Shown here in pieces: positions 26,101 to 36,790 of a stretch of 64,000 bases of DNA. The notes beneath the pieces are model-generated. The model was given only the letters and a program-made list of their open reading frames with translations. It made no database searches and had not been told where the DNA came from. This stretch comes from Zancudomyces culisetae HAW-14-8 (Eukaryota > Fungi > Kickxellomycota): NCBI GenBank assembly GCA_052426225.1, contig JBNJNM010000014.1:558001-622000 (forward strand), written 5' to 3'. The translations under genes were made by a program, and so were the position numbers. Every line of letters starts with the position of its first letter. Positions within the stretch are counted from its first letter, which is position 1.

Positions 26101-28217
26101 CTAAAATACTACAGGAATTAGGTGATGCAAAAACTAGATCCAAATTTGATAAATCACTCAAGATTATACGGGAAGATAGCCTACCAAGGCCTTCAATCAT
26201 AGTCAAAGCTCCTACCGATTTTCATTCACTCTCTCGAAAACCTGTAACCCCTGCGGAAGTTAGTAACATTGAAACCGTATTAGACAACGCGCTAGCGATG
26301 GATATAGAACAAAATATCAAAGAACTATCGGCTGTGGAGACAAAGAAAGAAAAGGCTCTTTCGTCTCAACCAACACCATCATCTAGCTATTATTCTGTAA
26401 ACTCAATGATTTCTAGACCCTCAGGTGTTGCCTCTGGATCCCAAGCCATCAATGATAAGTCTGTTGGTGGTACTAAAAAACTGAAAATAACCGATAGTTA
26501 CGATGATATTGATTATGTTGGAGAAAACGGAGTAAATGCGAATAAATTGTGTGATATTGATAGGAAGAGAAGACGAACAAGTAAAAACCCATTAGCCCTT
26601 TCTTCACTTCTTAACGCCCCATCCACTCAACCCGATAGCAGTGTCACTGGTAATGACGTTGATGGCAAAAATAATGACTTGATTACTCTAACCAACAGGC
26701 GTGGTTCTAAATACGACCTGAATGACAAAAATATTTCTAGTGAAGAATTTGACGAGTTGGGAAATCTATTTGAGCTTTCACCACAACAAAAGAAAGAGCA
26801 ACAAACTAAATCTGCCAATACCAATGCTGAGCTTATGGCTAAGGCCGCGGATGGTTCTGATCTACTAGCGGGTATCAATAGCAGGAGGAATAGTGCCAAG
26901 CGCGCTAGTTTTCACGAACACGAACGACAGCTGCGTCATCGCAGATATCTTGAACGTTCATATAGCCAACATCTTCGTGATGGAAGGTTAGGTGTAACAA
27001 ATCTATCATCGTCAATATCTTCAGTCGTAAATGACAGTAGCAATTCTCTTGAACAAAAAAAACAACAACGAAGGCGATATATATTTGAAAATGAATATAT
27101 TACAATGGTGGGAACAGCGAAGAATAGGGGTTTGAGTCGCAGTTTTTCTTTTGACGACTTAGCTAGCCTTGACACTTCTTTTCATCGGTTTGGCTCCAAG
27201 TATGCCCATTCTTCAGATTTTGATACCGCTACTAATCTATCTTCCCCATCAAGGGCTCATGGTGACATTGTCGAGCACAGGCGACCATCTTCGTCTCTGG
27301 GCAGCACTAGTGAGGATTCAACGAAATTCTTAAAAAGTCGCAATGTGATTATGTTTAATATCGCGAACCACCAAAACCCATATGATGCCTATTTTGAACA
27401 GATTGCAAGCTCCGCTCTACCACATCAGCTTCAGCTTCAGCAACAACAACAGCAACAAACAAATGCTTCCCAGCAGCGAAAGAGAAAACATGTAAGTGAT
27501 GTATTAGGAATCAAATCGATGGCTTTATTTTCGCTGCTTAAGGATGACGCTGCCTTTAATTGCATACCAAAGCCTGCACATCTAGGTGAAGTAGATGTGG
27601 CTGAAATCGCTGTGATGGTTTCGGATAGTATTACTAAATATGCTGAAGATCCAGAGTCTGACTCTGTTTTATCACAGTTGGATGCAATAGAGTATTTGAT
27701 GTCTGTATCCATGTATTTGGAGCGGCTTGCTTCTCATAAACTAAAGTGTAATTTGTTTAACTCTTCCAGTGATGTCTGGTGTCGATACCATCCGATAAAA
27801 GTGGATGATTTTTTAATGGGCTATCACGGGTTGATGTTGCCTAATATCACACCTGGACATAAGGTTGATCATGCAATTCCAGCCTCTTCAAATGCTGAAA
27901 ACCCAGCTAAACCTGCCGCTGCTACTACAATCGCTACTACAACCGCTACTACAACCGCTACAACTGATGCAACTACTTCTACTAATGTTGATGTTGATAT
28001 TGGTATTGATCAGTGTGGAACACTGAATAAGGATGATCGTAAGCCTGAATCGACCAGCTTGGGCCCTTCTGTAAAAACTGGTGTGGAAGCCAATAAGGAT
28101 ATCAATCATTCCAATTTTTTTGTTAAAGAGAAAGCTGCTCAGACTACCTATCTAGTGCGAACTTTCGAGTCCATTCTTGATCGATTTGAAAATTGTACTT
28201 TTATTTTGTTTACTTGA
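17124..28217 (+). CDS. CYR1: Fungal adenylate cyclase (RA, LRR, PP2C-like, class III cyclase, CAP-binding tail), ~3650 aa; exon 1 17124-17181, intron 17182-17322
   Basis: WEAPESW and RA domain (YFLRVY..TFGTFSC); long LRR array; HYDWNWNWNLNL; PP2C-like GATAVVAF..DEFIILADKSLWD; catalytic FTDVKNST, EVKTEGDAFMV, DYFGPMVNRSARV; C-terminal ILDRFENC. The short first exon splices in frame. Confidence 0.95.
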
Positions 28218-28519
28218 TGACTGTTTCACTTTCGAAATCTGTACTATTACCAGCAAACTTAGGCCATTTGGGGGCTGATGTGTATTTGACTTTTATTTAC
28301 TTTTATTTTTTATTTGTTGGGAGTGTTAAGATACGTTTAATAAAAAATGCTTAGTTATTCTGGTGATAACTGTACTATTCGACAATTTCCGAGTATTTAC
28401 ACGTTATAGGCGATATTCATTAATGTTTTGCTTTTATTTTAGAATCGGTAAAGACTTCAAATAAAAACCTAAAACAAATAAGTATATACATATGCATGTG
28501 GATATGTATATGCATTTGT

Positions 28520-28909
28520 CTACATCAAAAAGTTTGTTGGGAATATCCATCTAGACGAATTGTCTTTCTTGTCTACCACTTTGTGAACAAAGGCAACCTC
28601 AGAGATATATTCGGTGCGGAGAGGTCCGTAAATGTGTGGAAAATCCTCTACAACGTGATTACCATCAGAATCCACAAGGTTAACTTGTTCCCATTTAACC
28701 TGGTCTCGAACGGCATGTAGATCTATCTTTAGCACAGTCACTTGACTATGAGCCTGAAAGTATCGAAGTAATGTGTTTTGGGTTTGCCTGGCTGTTGAAA
28801 GATGAATAAATCCATCCTTGGCATCGAGTTGGGATAATGGCTGTTCAGCAATTTGAAGATTGATGAGATTGGTATCCACGATTTTGTAGACAAGGTTTGG
28901 GTGTTCCAT
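28520..28909 (-). CDS. DUF952 family protein
   Basis: LVYKI, LDAKDGFIHLST, VKWE, FPHIYGPL motifs. Confidence 0.88.
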   Translation of the reverse strand: MEHPNLVYKIVDTNLINLQIAEQPLSQLDAKDGFIHLSTARQTQNTLLRYFQAHSQVTVLKIDLHAVRDQVKWEQVNLVDSDGNHVVEDFPHIYGPLRTEYISEVAFVHKVVDKKDNSSRWIFPTNFLM

Positions 28910-31659
28910 TTTCGTTGCTATATTTTTAGTTAAGTCGTGAAGTATGTGTTCTAACTATGTTTATTTTTTCTAAATTAGGAACAAGATGTTCTAGTGTACA
29001 AGTTCGGTTTTGCAGCTTTAAAATATGGCGATATTCTGAAAATATAAATCACGGATTTTCGATTTTAAGACCTACGATGATACACTCTATCATTGGACAC
29101 AATTTGGCAAATGGAAATAAATAAGAAATGCAGTTTTTTTCAGATCTAGGCATTTATACAGTGGAAAAGGAGATGGGTATGCCATTCATTTTCTCGATTG
29201 GATAGCACAACATCAAACCTCAAAATAATGCATTAAATAAGAAGATTTTTCTTCCAGCATTTGTAGCATGATAATGTAGTAGCTGAACAAATTCATGTTT
29301 TGTGTGACTTTTCTATCTCAACAGCAGGAAGGGCTATAAAGCTCTCAACCAACCTTGACTAGCTATCATTTTTCTGAGTTCAGATATTTTGTAGCAAATA
29401 GAGTTTTCTGACTCAAGCTGTTAGTAAACGGATAAAAGTAATTTATAGTTAACAAGGCCGGGATAACGGGGTTAATAATAGTTGAGCAACTTAACCAACC
29501 ATTGTTTTAGTTGCAAATACTAGGGGTATTTGAACAAGTCTAAAAAAAGTTTATTGATAGTTTAACATGTACGAATAGGTAGTACATTGTTATACTCTGT
29601 CAAACTAATAAGGACAGCATAGCCATAGTGGAGCTGAATCCTTTTAATCAAATCCATTTCAATCCCCTAGACCTTTGTAACAAGAAAAATGTTAGTCTTT
29701 GAAAATAATACACGTCTTTTAATATACGATTGTATTGGATTTTATTTTGTTTAGTATTTCAATAACGATAATGCACTTTTAAAGTGGAAACAATCAAAAC
29801 AAAGTTTATGGTGATTAAACCTAGGTTATACTGCCATAAAAACAAATTAACTCTAGTGAAATAATTTTGCTACAGGAAATGTGCCAACAATTCTCTCAGA
29901 AAAGTATGATCATTGTTACTTTTGAATCCTGTTAATAGTAATCAGTAGAAATATTTCGATAATACTATCGTACTCCTTTTACCTCTAATAAGTAAAAAAA
30001 TATTCTAGTGTGCTATAAAAAATATAGAACCTGGACACCTCGTAATATGAATATGATTATGATTATTTGCCAACAAATAGATTTGCTGAGGTATACTAGA
30101 AACAATGCGAATGCGAATACGAATATTACATTTCCAACCTTGCTTCATAACACTGTATTTTGTATAATTTCAGACAACTCTATTCACGCTGAGAAAAAGT
30201 AGAAAAGTTAAATATTTTCCTCGGAATTTTAAGGGTCATCCTGTTTTATAAAATCTACTATCAGTTATAAAACCATGATGTTTTCTTGGTATCTATTGTA
30301 GCAGATATGTATTATTAACTATTATTATTATTGTTTTATATACTTGCGTTTTATCAGTTTTATTTCCTATAAGTACAGTTGAAGAACAGTACGCGTATAG
30401 CTTTTATACTACTATAAAGTTTTACTTTATTTTCTCAGATTTTTTTTTTAAAGGCTTTAAACTTTAGCATAGAAAAAGTAAGTATTAGCTATAAATTTTA
30501 CTTGATGGTTTTCTGTTGTATGTCAATTACACGAAAGAATTATTAGTAAATATAGGCTTTTGGATAACTATATATTTCGGCTCTTTTTAACATCAACGTT
30601 GAAACAAAGATTAGAACTAGTACTGTGTGACTGCACAAAGATAGCTGCAAATGGGAATATCAGCGTCACATTTTTAGCTCCTGCACGCTCAGGACTTTTA
30701 GTCATTTGTCGTGATTCTGGTACCCTTTGTTTCAGAGTTATTGCTCTCTCCATTCACCTCTGTGATCATTTAAAATAATAATGACATAGCCGGTGAGCTT
30801 GTAGGCTTTTATTAGCCAATTTAATAGGTGTACTACTTTTGTAAGAATTGCTGGAAAAATTAAGTTTGTTAATGGTTTTGTAAGAATTTGTTGGTAAGCT
30901 CATTTATTTTTGGAATAATGATTAATTATATCATAAGCTTCCAAATTAATAGTTATTTACCAGCAACTTTTCGTATACAAGTATGCGAAATCTTTGCTAA
31001 AATGCATCAGAATAAATTTTTTTAGGCAATGCATTAAATCACGGCCTTATGGAGCAGAAATAATATTATTCTTGATTATATAATATACTTCAGAAATTAT
31101 GATCTGGGAATATAAAAAACCCGCTGGGAGATAAAACTATATAGGTTTTGTGAATGCTATATTAAAAAACTTTTATAACAGTGGTGGTTTGCTAGCAACC
31201 AAAAATTGGAGTAAATTTTGTAATTTATAAAACTAAATACCAGATCCAAACAAAATGTCTATATTTGTTTAAACAACCAACTTCCCAGCAATATATTATT
31301 ATTATATAGATTGCAGTAAGTAAATTCAGTTGTGAAGTGAATACTCGATTAATCAAAGTAGTTGACAACATTTTTAAATGTATTTTGACGATATATCTGG
31401 GGGGGAGGGAGGGTTGGGTAATGACAATCACAATTGAGATTTGATGACCGCCAAGATTAAAAATCGTCAAAACAAAGCAAATGGGTTCTTGTTCTTAACC
31501 TGGTATGACATTTTTTACTACGAAGGTGCGTGATTCTTAATAATTTTGAACAACTGTGGTATAATAATAACATTTAGAAATAGTTCTAATAAGTTCTAAA
31601 TTAAACTAAAGACATGTTTATTTAAAATATACGGGGTATATGTCGTAAAGCCCTTGAAT

Positions 31660-31708
31660 CAACGCCTGGTGGGTAAAGAGTCCTTAGAGGGACGGAAGGG
31701 AATTGATT
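31660..31708 (+). repeat. Dispersed GC-rich repeat copy 1 (possible LTR/TE relic)
   Basis: 38/49 identical to 38547-38595; 10 of 11 differences are transitions. Confidence 0.6.
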
Positions 31709-32243
31709 GATAAATATTGTGTAGGATTATCTTTTGTAGTTTTATGTGATACTCATCGAATAAACTCATTTAGTTATTTTTTGTAAAGTCAAATTGAGTG
31801 TCAGTTTTTTTTAAATTTTCTGAAATGCTTTTCAAATGCTTCTCATCAAGTATACCACTATAAAAGAAAAATGCTTTTTATGTACAGATAATCAAAAAAA
31901 GCCTTTTATTTACTTTAGATTATCTAAAAATTCACTGATTCACCCATCCTTTTGTTCAGTAAACACATTTCTTCATTAAATATCTTTTCTTCAAATCTAA
32001 AAATAGAAATAATAACACTTATCGGAGGTAGATTTAAAGGTTTATCATATTTAAGGATTTGATTTATAGAAAATCGGAGCATTAAGGGTGTTGATATCAA
32101 AAAATGTACAAACCAAAATATAGGCTGAGAAATTTTGTATATAAACCAATACAATACACAGATATACACAATCGCAGTTCATAGTCATCAATAAATAATA
32201 TGTTTAGTTGAATGAAATGAAAACTTATTATTATTATGCGAAC

Positions 32244-32519
32244 ATCCAGATACAATTATGTGTGTGTACCAATCTTTATTATAAATCGAAAATTCTTTCC
32301 TAGATACTATTTTTATCGATTAATCCATTACCTTAAAATTTGGTAAAAAATTAAATCGATAAAAAGAGTGTTTAAATTTAGAAACTTTATACGTAATGAT
32401 GTGTGTAATGACAGACATCACTGTATAATTTTTATAAAATAAGTAAAACTAACTAAATAAAATAAATTTAAACCATATATAAACTGATGTCCCCTGTTTC
32501 CTGATGAATCTTTACCATC
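32244..32519. repeat. DIRS 3' inverted terminal repeat (terminal extension 32194-32243 lies outside it)
   Basis: Reverse complement of 36444-36719; one mismatch seen. Confidence 0.95.
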
Positions 32520-32551
32520 GTTGAGCTAGGTATGGGTGGGAATTGGGTGGG

Positions 32552-32648
32552 ACATAATTGTATCTGGATGTTCGCATAATAATAATAAGTTTTCATTTCA
32601 TTCAACTAAACATATTATTATGCTTCACTTATCCAGATACAATTATGT
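32552..32648. other. DIRS internal complementary region (ICR, circle-junction template)
   Basis: 32552-32619 is the reverse complement of 32194-32261; 32616-32648 is the reverse complement of 36702-36734; the two share TATT. Confidence 0.95.
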
Positions 32649-35600
32649 AGCTTCAGAGTTCAAGATAAATTGAGTTAAATTTTCACGAGTTCTACGTGAT
32701 AATTGATAATAAGTATCAAATATACCTTTACTTGCCCAAAATCCTTGTGCAATAACATCGTCGTATGTCGCACCTAGCTTTGTAGCTCTAGTAGATCCTA
32801 ATGCTCGAGCTTTTGGTAACTTTGCGCTTTCTGGCAACTGCAAGAGTGACATCAATGAATTAATGTGTTTACTGATTCGCTGTGCCCCAATGTGTTTGTC
32901 GTTATACTTTAAGTTGCGGATAAGGTAGTGCAATTGTACTCCATCGAGGATCGGATGGTTTGCAACACTCGGAAAAGTTGCAATGCGTTTTTTATATGCT
33001 CTGTATGTTACTACAGGACATAATTTATAGTCGCTATGTGCGTGGATTATACTGACCTTTTCAATCGGATTTCCACTTCGCTTTTCTTTTGGTCCAACAA
33101 TAACAAATTTAACATAATCTTTATTGATTTCCGTCTTTGAATCATCGATTCGTTCAATGTCAGAAGGTCTCAAAAATCCACAAATTGCTAGCAACCAACA
33201 AATTTTAATTGTTAAATTTTGCTTGCTCATTTTAAAATTTGAACCAAAATTTTTAATATGTTCGATAATCGGATTAATATCGTAGTTAGGGTTGTTAAAA
33301 GATCGAACTGAAGTTGAATCGAGCTGTTTTAAATAATCAATCATCAAAATATCGCTGCTAAATGTTCGCCATTCAGCATTAATATCGATGATAGCAGACT
33401 TGTAGTTTTTTATAGTACCAACTTTTAAATTGTTACTAATACGATGTTCATCAAGGAAAATGATAACATCAACAACTGAAACGTTATTAATATCAAGTTT
33501 TGCAGACTCTAACCACTTAATAAACTTTACCTTGATGTTGTAATATTGTTTTTGTTTTGCCATATTTCGTTTACCAGTTGTCATTAACATGATAACTGAA
33601 TCTTTTAAACCCGTTTTTTCAAGGCGTGCGCGCTTAATTTCCAGGCCGTAAGCGACCATGTTTTGTTTATCTGTGTCACTTGCTTTCCGCTTTTTGGATC
33701 CGGAATTATATGTGGAGCTAATATCTTGATCGGTGGAGCTATTAGCATGCTCTTGAGATCTGGATACCATGGTGCTGACCTCCAAAACGGTGTTATCAAT
33801 GTCGCTGATACTTTGTCCTGTCTGATCTTCTGTAGTGTTTTCTGTATCAGATTCCATGGTGGACAAAGGTATGGATTCGTCCAAATGCTCCAATGATGAT
33901 TGAATGCATTCGTTTTTGCTGCTTCTGGTGTCCATTTCCAACTCACAAATGTTGGTAGTTTGTGGTTGTTGTTGTTGGCAAACATGTCCACATCGTGTGG
34001 ACCAAACTGTTTCTGTATCTTCTGAAACATCTTGTCTGATAGTGACCACTCTGTTTGAGCTGTTAAACGTGATGGTGCATCCGCTGGATTCAGTATTGAT
34101 GGCACATACTGAATCTGAACCCGAGTGCCATTGCTGATGCAATGTTTCCAAATTGCTTCCGAAATGTCCATCAGATTCACTGATTTGGTTCCCCCATGCT
34201 TCTTGATGTAGCTGATTGAAGTGTTGTTGTCGCAATATACAACAACACTCTTTCCCTGAACCTGTGGCAGCTTCACTGCATACTGGATTGCTAATAATTC
34301 CTTCGCATTGATAGGGAGCTTCATCTGTTGTCGTGTCCATGTCCCCGTATACTGATTGCTGTCTATCACTATCCCCCAGTGATTGTCGCTCGCATCCGTA
34401 TATACTTCTATCTCTGGGATCTCCGGAAGGAAGCATAGACCATTCCATTGCTTCAGATGGTCCCTCCACCACGTCAGATTGTCCAGTGCAGGCTGATTCA
34501 GTGTTACTTGTGAACTCCAATCCGTGGTGCGTTTCAGAGTGTTGTTTTTGAGCTCTAACAACCTCCTGCTCATCAGTCGTCCCGGTCTGAGTGCTATATT
34601 CACTGCCTGCGTTTTGCCAATGAATGATGCCAGATCCTTCAGTGTTGTACACCCTTTGTGTATCAACCTGGATGCCTCTCTCGCTAAATCTTTGAGTTTC
34701 TGTTTGGGTATCTTGAAACTCATCTGACGGCTGTTGATGTCCATCCCAAGATGCGTAATACATTGTTTGGGATGTATTGATGACTTTTCCTGGTTGATCA
34801 GGAATCCCAGTTTCACCAGTTTCTTGGAAACCATATTTGTGAACTTTAGACACTCTGTTTTTGTTGATCCTAAGATTAACAAATCGTCTAAGTAGCTCGA
34901 CATTCGTATCCCGCGAGCTCTGGCCCATTTCAGTACTGGTTTTAGTATTTTTGTGAATACTAGTGGGCTTAAAGATAGACCAAATGGGAGCACCCTGTAC
35001 TGGTAGGTGCGACCGCCCCATGTAAACCTGAGATACTTTCTGGACGTTTTGTTGATCAATACGTGTAGAAATGCATCGCTGAGGTCTATGCTGGTCATAT
35101 AATCCCCTTTGCGGATCATTCTGGAGATAGTTGTGAGCGACTCCATCTTGAAATGTCGCTGTGGGATGTACTGATTTAACGGTCTTAAATTCAGTACCAT
35201 CCGCGTGCCTCCGTTCTTCTTTGGGATTGTAAACGGATTTGAGTAGAACCCTGGCTGCGCGGATGAAGCTTCCTCTATTGCTTTCTTTGACAGGAGGTTT
35301 GCTATCTCCTGTTCGACCACTTTTTCTGGAAGCTTTTTCAAGTTGTAACCTAACGGTTTTTTCTGCTTGACCGTCGGTGGATGCGTTTTGAAGGGGATTC
35401 TGAACCCTTCTGAGATCACTTGGAGTATCCATTTTTGATCTGTGAGGCGCATCCAAGCCTCCTGGAACATCCTCAGTCTCCCTCCTACTTTCGGTGTTTG
35501 CTGCTGTTTGCAAACCGAAAATTACCGCCAGTAGCAGCGGATTTGTGTTGTCGTTGTTGTTGGATCTGCTGCGGCTCTGCTTGAACATTCTGGTTAACTG

Positions 35601-36356
35601 ATGGCTGAAACGGAATGCTTGGGAAGGTCCTGGTTGCGTTGAATCTTGGTCTTCTCTGCTGCACATTTTTTGTTGCACGCTGCAATGTATTTGCTGCTGC
35701 TTTAACTTCGAGCATCTGCTGTATGTCCACGAGAGGCTTCTTTGATGATGAAGCCATTTCTGGAGGATCTGATGGTACTCCTGAGGCTTTGTATGACAGT
35801 TTGATTCTTTGTTGCGTGATATTGGATGCAACATCCGCAAGTAAAACTCTGATTGAGTTGATAAAAACTGCAAGTTTTTCGGCACTGACTGCACCTCCGT
35901 CACGGATTGCTTCGTGCATAAAGTAATCCAAAGGTCTTGTAACGGCTGATAAACGGTACTGGATGTCATATAACATCGCATCAGTACGTTTATTGTCACC
36001 TGATAACTTGATGTTTTCCTCTGGTGGTTCATAATCCATGCCAGAGTTTCTTGGGATGGCTGCGTAAAACTTCTTGCGTTCGACATCTGCCAGTGGTGTC
36101 CAAAAGAAATCCTGTTCAACTGTTGGTAGCGCCTTTTGCAGTTTTGGATACATGACCAGGTCAGATGGTGTTGGTCTGGGAACCACGAAGTTTTCAACTG
36201 AATCATCGTCGACTGCATCAACGATTGATGGAGCAGTGATGTTTGCTGAATCACTGATTTCTGATACTGACATGTGATCATTTGGTGCGGTTTGTTTTTC
36301 AAGAGCTGATAATCTCTCCAAAATCTGTTGCAAAACTTCAACTGTAACGTTTGCAT
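32643..36356 (-). CDS. DIRS tyrosine recombinase ORF (YR domain ~33659-32643) with a 2.7-kb upstream extension overlapping gag and pol
   Basis: GFLRPSD, PKEKR, LCPV, PKARALG, GFWAS, FDTYY catalytic motifs. Confidence 0.9.
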   Translation of the reverse strand: MQTLQLKFCNRFWRDYQLLKNKPHQMITCQYQKSVIQQTSLLHQSLMQSTMIQLKTSWFPDQHHLTWSCIQNCKRRYQQLNRISFGHHWQMSNARSFTQPSQETLAWIMNHQRKTSSYQVTINVLMRCYMTSSTVYQPLQDLWITLCTKQSVTEVQSVPKNLQFLSTQSEFYLRMLHPISRNKESNCHTKPQEYHQILQKWLHHQRSLSWTYSRCSKLKQQQIHCSVQQKMCSREDQDSTQPGPSQAFRFSHQLTRMFKQSRSRSNNNDNTNPLLLAVIFGLQTAANTESRRETEDVPGGLDAPHRSKMDTPSDLRRVQNPLQNASTDGQAEKTVRLQLEKASRKSGRTGDSKPPVKESNRGSFIRAARVLLKSVYNPKEERRHADGTEFKTVKSVHPTATFQDGVAHNYLQNDPQRGLYDQHRPQRCISTRIDQQNVQKVSQVYMGRSHLPVQGAPIWSIFKPTSIHKNTKTSTEMGQSSRDTNVELLRRFVNLRINKNRVSKVHKYGFQETGETGIPDQPGKVINTSQTMYYASWDGHQQPSDEFQDTQTETQRFSERGIQVDTQRVYNTEGSGIIHWQNAGSEYSTQTGTTDEQEVVRAQKQHSETHHGLEFTSNTESACTGQSDVVEGPSEAMEWSMLPSGDPRDRSIYGCERQSLGDSDRQQSVYGDMDTTTDEAPYQCEGIISNPVCSEAATGSGKECCCILRQQHFNQLHQEAWGNQISESDGHFGSNLETLHQQWHSGSDSVCAINTESSGCTITFNSSNRVVTIRQDVSEDTETVWSTRCGHVCQQQQPQTTNICELEMDTRSSKNECIQSSLEHLDESIPLSTMESDTENTTEDQTGQSISDIDNTVLEVSTMVSRSQEHANSSTDQDISSTYNSGSKKRKASDTDKQNMVAYGLEIKRARLEKTGLKDSVIMLMTTGKRNMAKQKQYYNIKVKFIKWLESAKLDINNVSVVDVIIFLDEHRISNNLKVGTIKNYKSAIIDINAEWRTFSSDILMIDYLKQLDSTSVRSFNNPNYDINPIIEHIKNFGSNFKMSKQNLTIKICWLLAICGFLRPSDIERIDDSKTEINKDYVKFVIVGPKEKRSGNPIEKVSIIHAHSDYKLCPVVTYRAYKKRIATFPSVANHPILDGVQLHYLIRNLKYNDKHIGAQRISKHINSLMSLLQLPESAKLPKARALGSTRATKLGATYDDVIAQGFWASKGIFDTYYQLSRRTRENLTQFILNSEAT
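33605..35470 (-). CDS. DIRS pol: reverse transcriptase, RNase H and Dam-like methyltransferase domain
   Basis: IDLSDAFLH, LPFGL, YLDD; YTDASD, INAKELLA, CDN, NPADAPSR; DVDMFA..YLCPPW. The frame is open upstream through VGGRL to ~35521. Confidence 0.95.
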   Translation of the reverse strand: MFQEAWMRLTDQKWILQVISEGFRIPFKTHPPTVKQKKPLGYNLKKLPEKVVEQEIANLLSKKAIEEASSAQPGFYSNPFTIPKKNGGTRMVLNLRPLNQYIPQRHFKMESLTTISRMIRKGDYMTSIDLSDAFLHVLINKTSRKYLRFTWGGRTYQYRVLPFGLSLSPLVFTKILKPVLKWARARGIRMSSYLDDLLILGSTKTECLKFTNMVSKKLVKLGFLINQEKSSIHPKQCITHLGMDINSRQMSFKIPKQKLKDLAREASRLIHKGCTTLKDLASFIGKTQAVNIALRPGRLMSRRLLELKNNTLKRTTDWSSQVTLNQPALDNLTWWRDHLKQWNGLCFLPEIPEIEVYTDASDNHWGIVIDSNQYTGTWTRQQMKLPINAKELLAIQYAVKLPQVQGKSVVVYCDNNTSISYIKKHGGTKSVNLMDISEAIWKHCISNGTRVQIQYVPSILNPADAPSRLTAQTEWSLSDKMFQKIQKQFGPHDVDMFANNNNHKLPTFVSWKWTPEAAKTNAFNHHWSIWTNPYLCPPWNLIQKTLQKIRQDKVSATLITPFWRSAPWYPDLKSMLIAPPIKILAPHIIPDPKSGKQVTQINKTWSLTAWKLSAHALKKRV

Positions 36357-36366
36357 TTTGACTCAT
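35485..36366 (-). CDS. DIRS gag-like ORF1
   Basis: First ORF after the 5' ITR; IPRN..YEPP, DAMLYDIQYRLSAVTRPLD. Confidence 0.85.
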   Translation of the reverse strand: MSQNANVTVEVLQQILERLSALEKQTAPNDHMSVSEISDSANITAPSIVDAVDDDSVENFVVPRPTPSDLVMYPKLQKALPTVEQDFFWTPLADVERKKFYAAIPRNSGMDYEPPEENIKLSGDNKRTDAMLYDIQYRLSAVTRPLDYFMHEAIRDGGAVSAEKLAVFINSIRVLLADVASNITQQRIKLSYKASGVPSDPPEMASSSKKPLVDIQQMLEVKAAANTLQRATKNVQQRRPRFNATRTFPSIPFQPSVNQNVQAEPQQIQQQRQHKSAATGGNFRFANSSKHRK

Positions 36367-36443
36367 TATTGAAAATTTAACTAATGACTTTTATAAATAC
36401 TATGTATTTTTTATAAGCTGGTTGAGTACCTAGCGAAAGAAAA

Positions 36444-36719
36444 GATGGTAAAGATTCATCAGGAAACAGGGGACATCAGTTTATATATGGTTTAAATTTA
36501 TTTTATTTAGTTAGTTTTACTTATTTTATAAAAACTATACAGTGATGTCTGTCATTACACACATCATTACGTATAAAGTTTCTAAATTTAAACACTCTTT
36601 TTATCGATTTAATTTTTTACCAAATTTTAAGGTAATGGATTAATCGATAAAAATAGTATCTAGGAAAGAATTTTCGATTTATAATAAAGATTGGTACACA
36701 CACATAATTGTATCTGGAT
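36444..36719. repeat. DIRS 5' inverted terminal repeat
   Basis: Reverse complement of 32244-32519. Confidence 0.95.
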
Positions 36720-36790
36720 AAGTGAAGCATAATACACCACATATAGGCACAGTTATAGAGCTCAAATAAAAAAAAAGGAATAACATAAAA

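Larger units (their letters stand above)
32194..36734 (-). mobile_element. Intact DIRS-type tyrosine-recombinase retrotransposon
   Basis: 276-bp ITRs, an internal complementary region matching both termini, gag, RT/RNaseH/MT and YR ORFs; AATA at both boundaries equals the ICR junction core. Confidence 0.97.

Noticed and set aside
17438-28109. Many short ORFs antisense to or overlapping the adenylate cyclase
   Set aside because: Shadow ORFs of a long, low-complexity coding strand
30560-30780. Slightly GC-rich patch with short ORFs on both strands
   Set aside because: No recognisable motif in the frames examined
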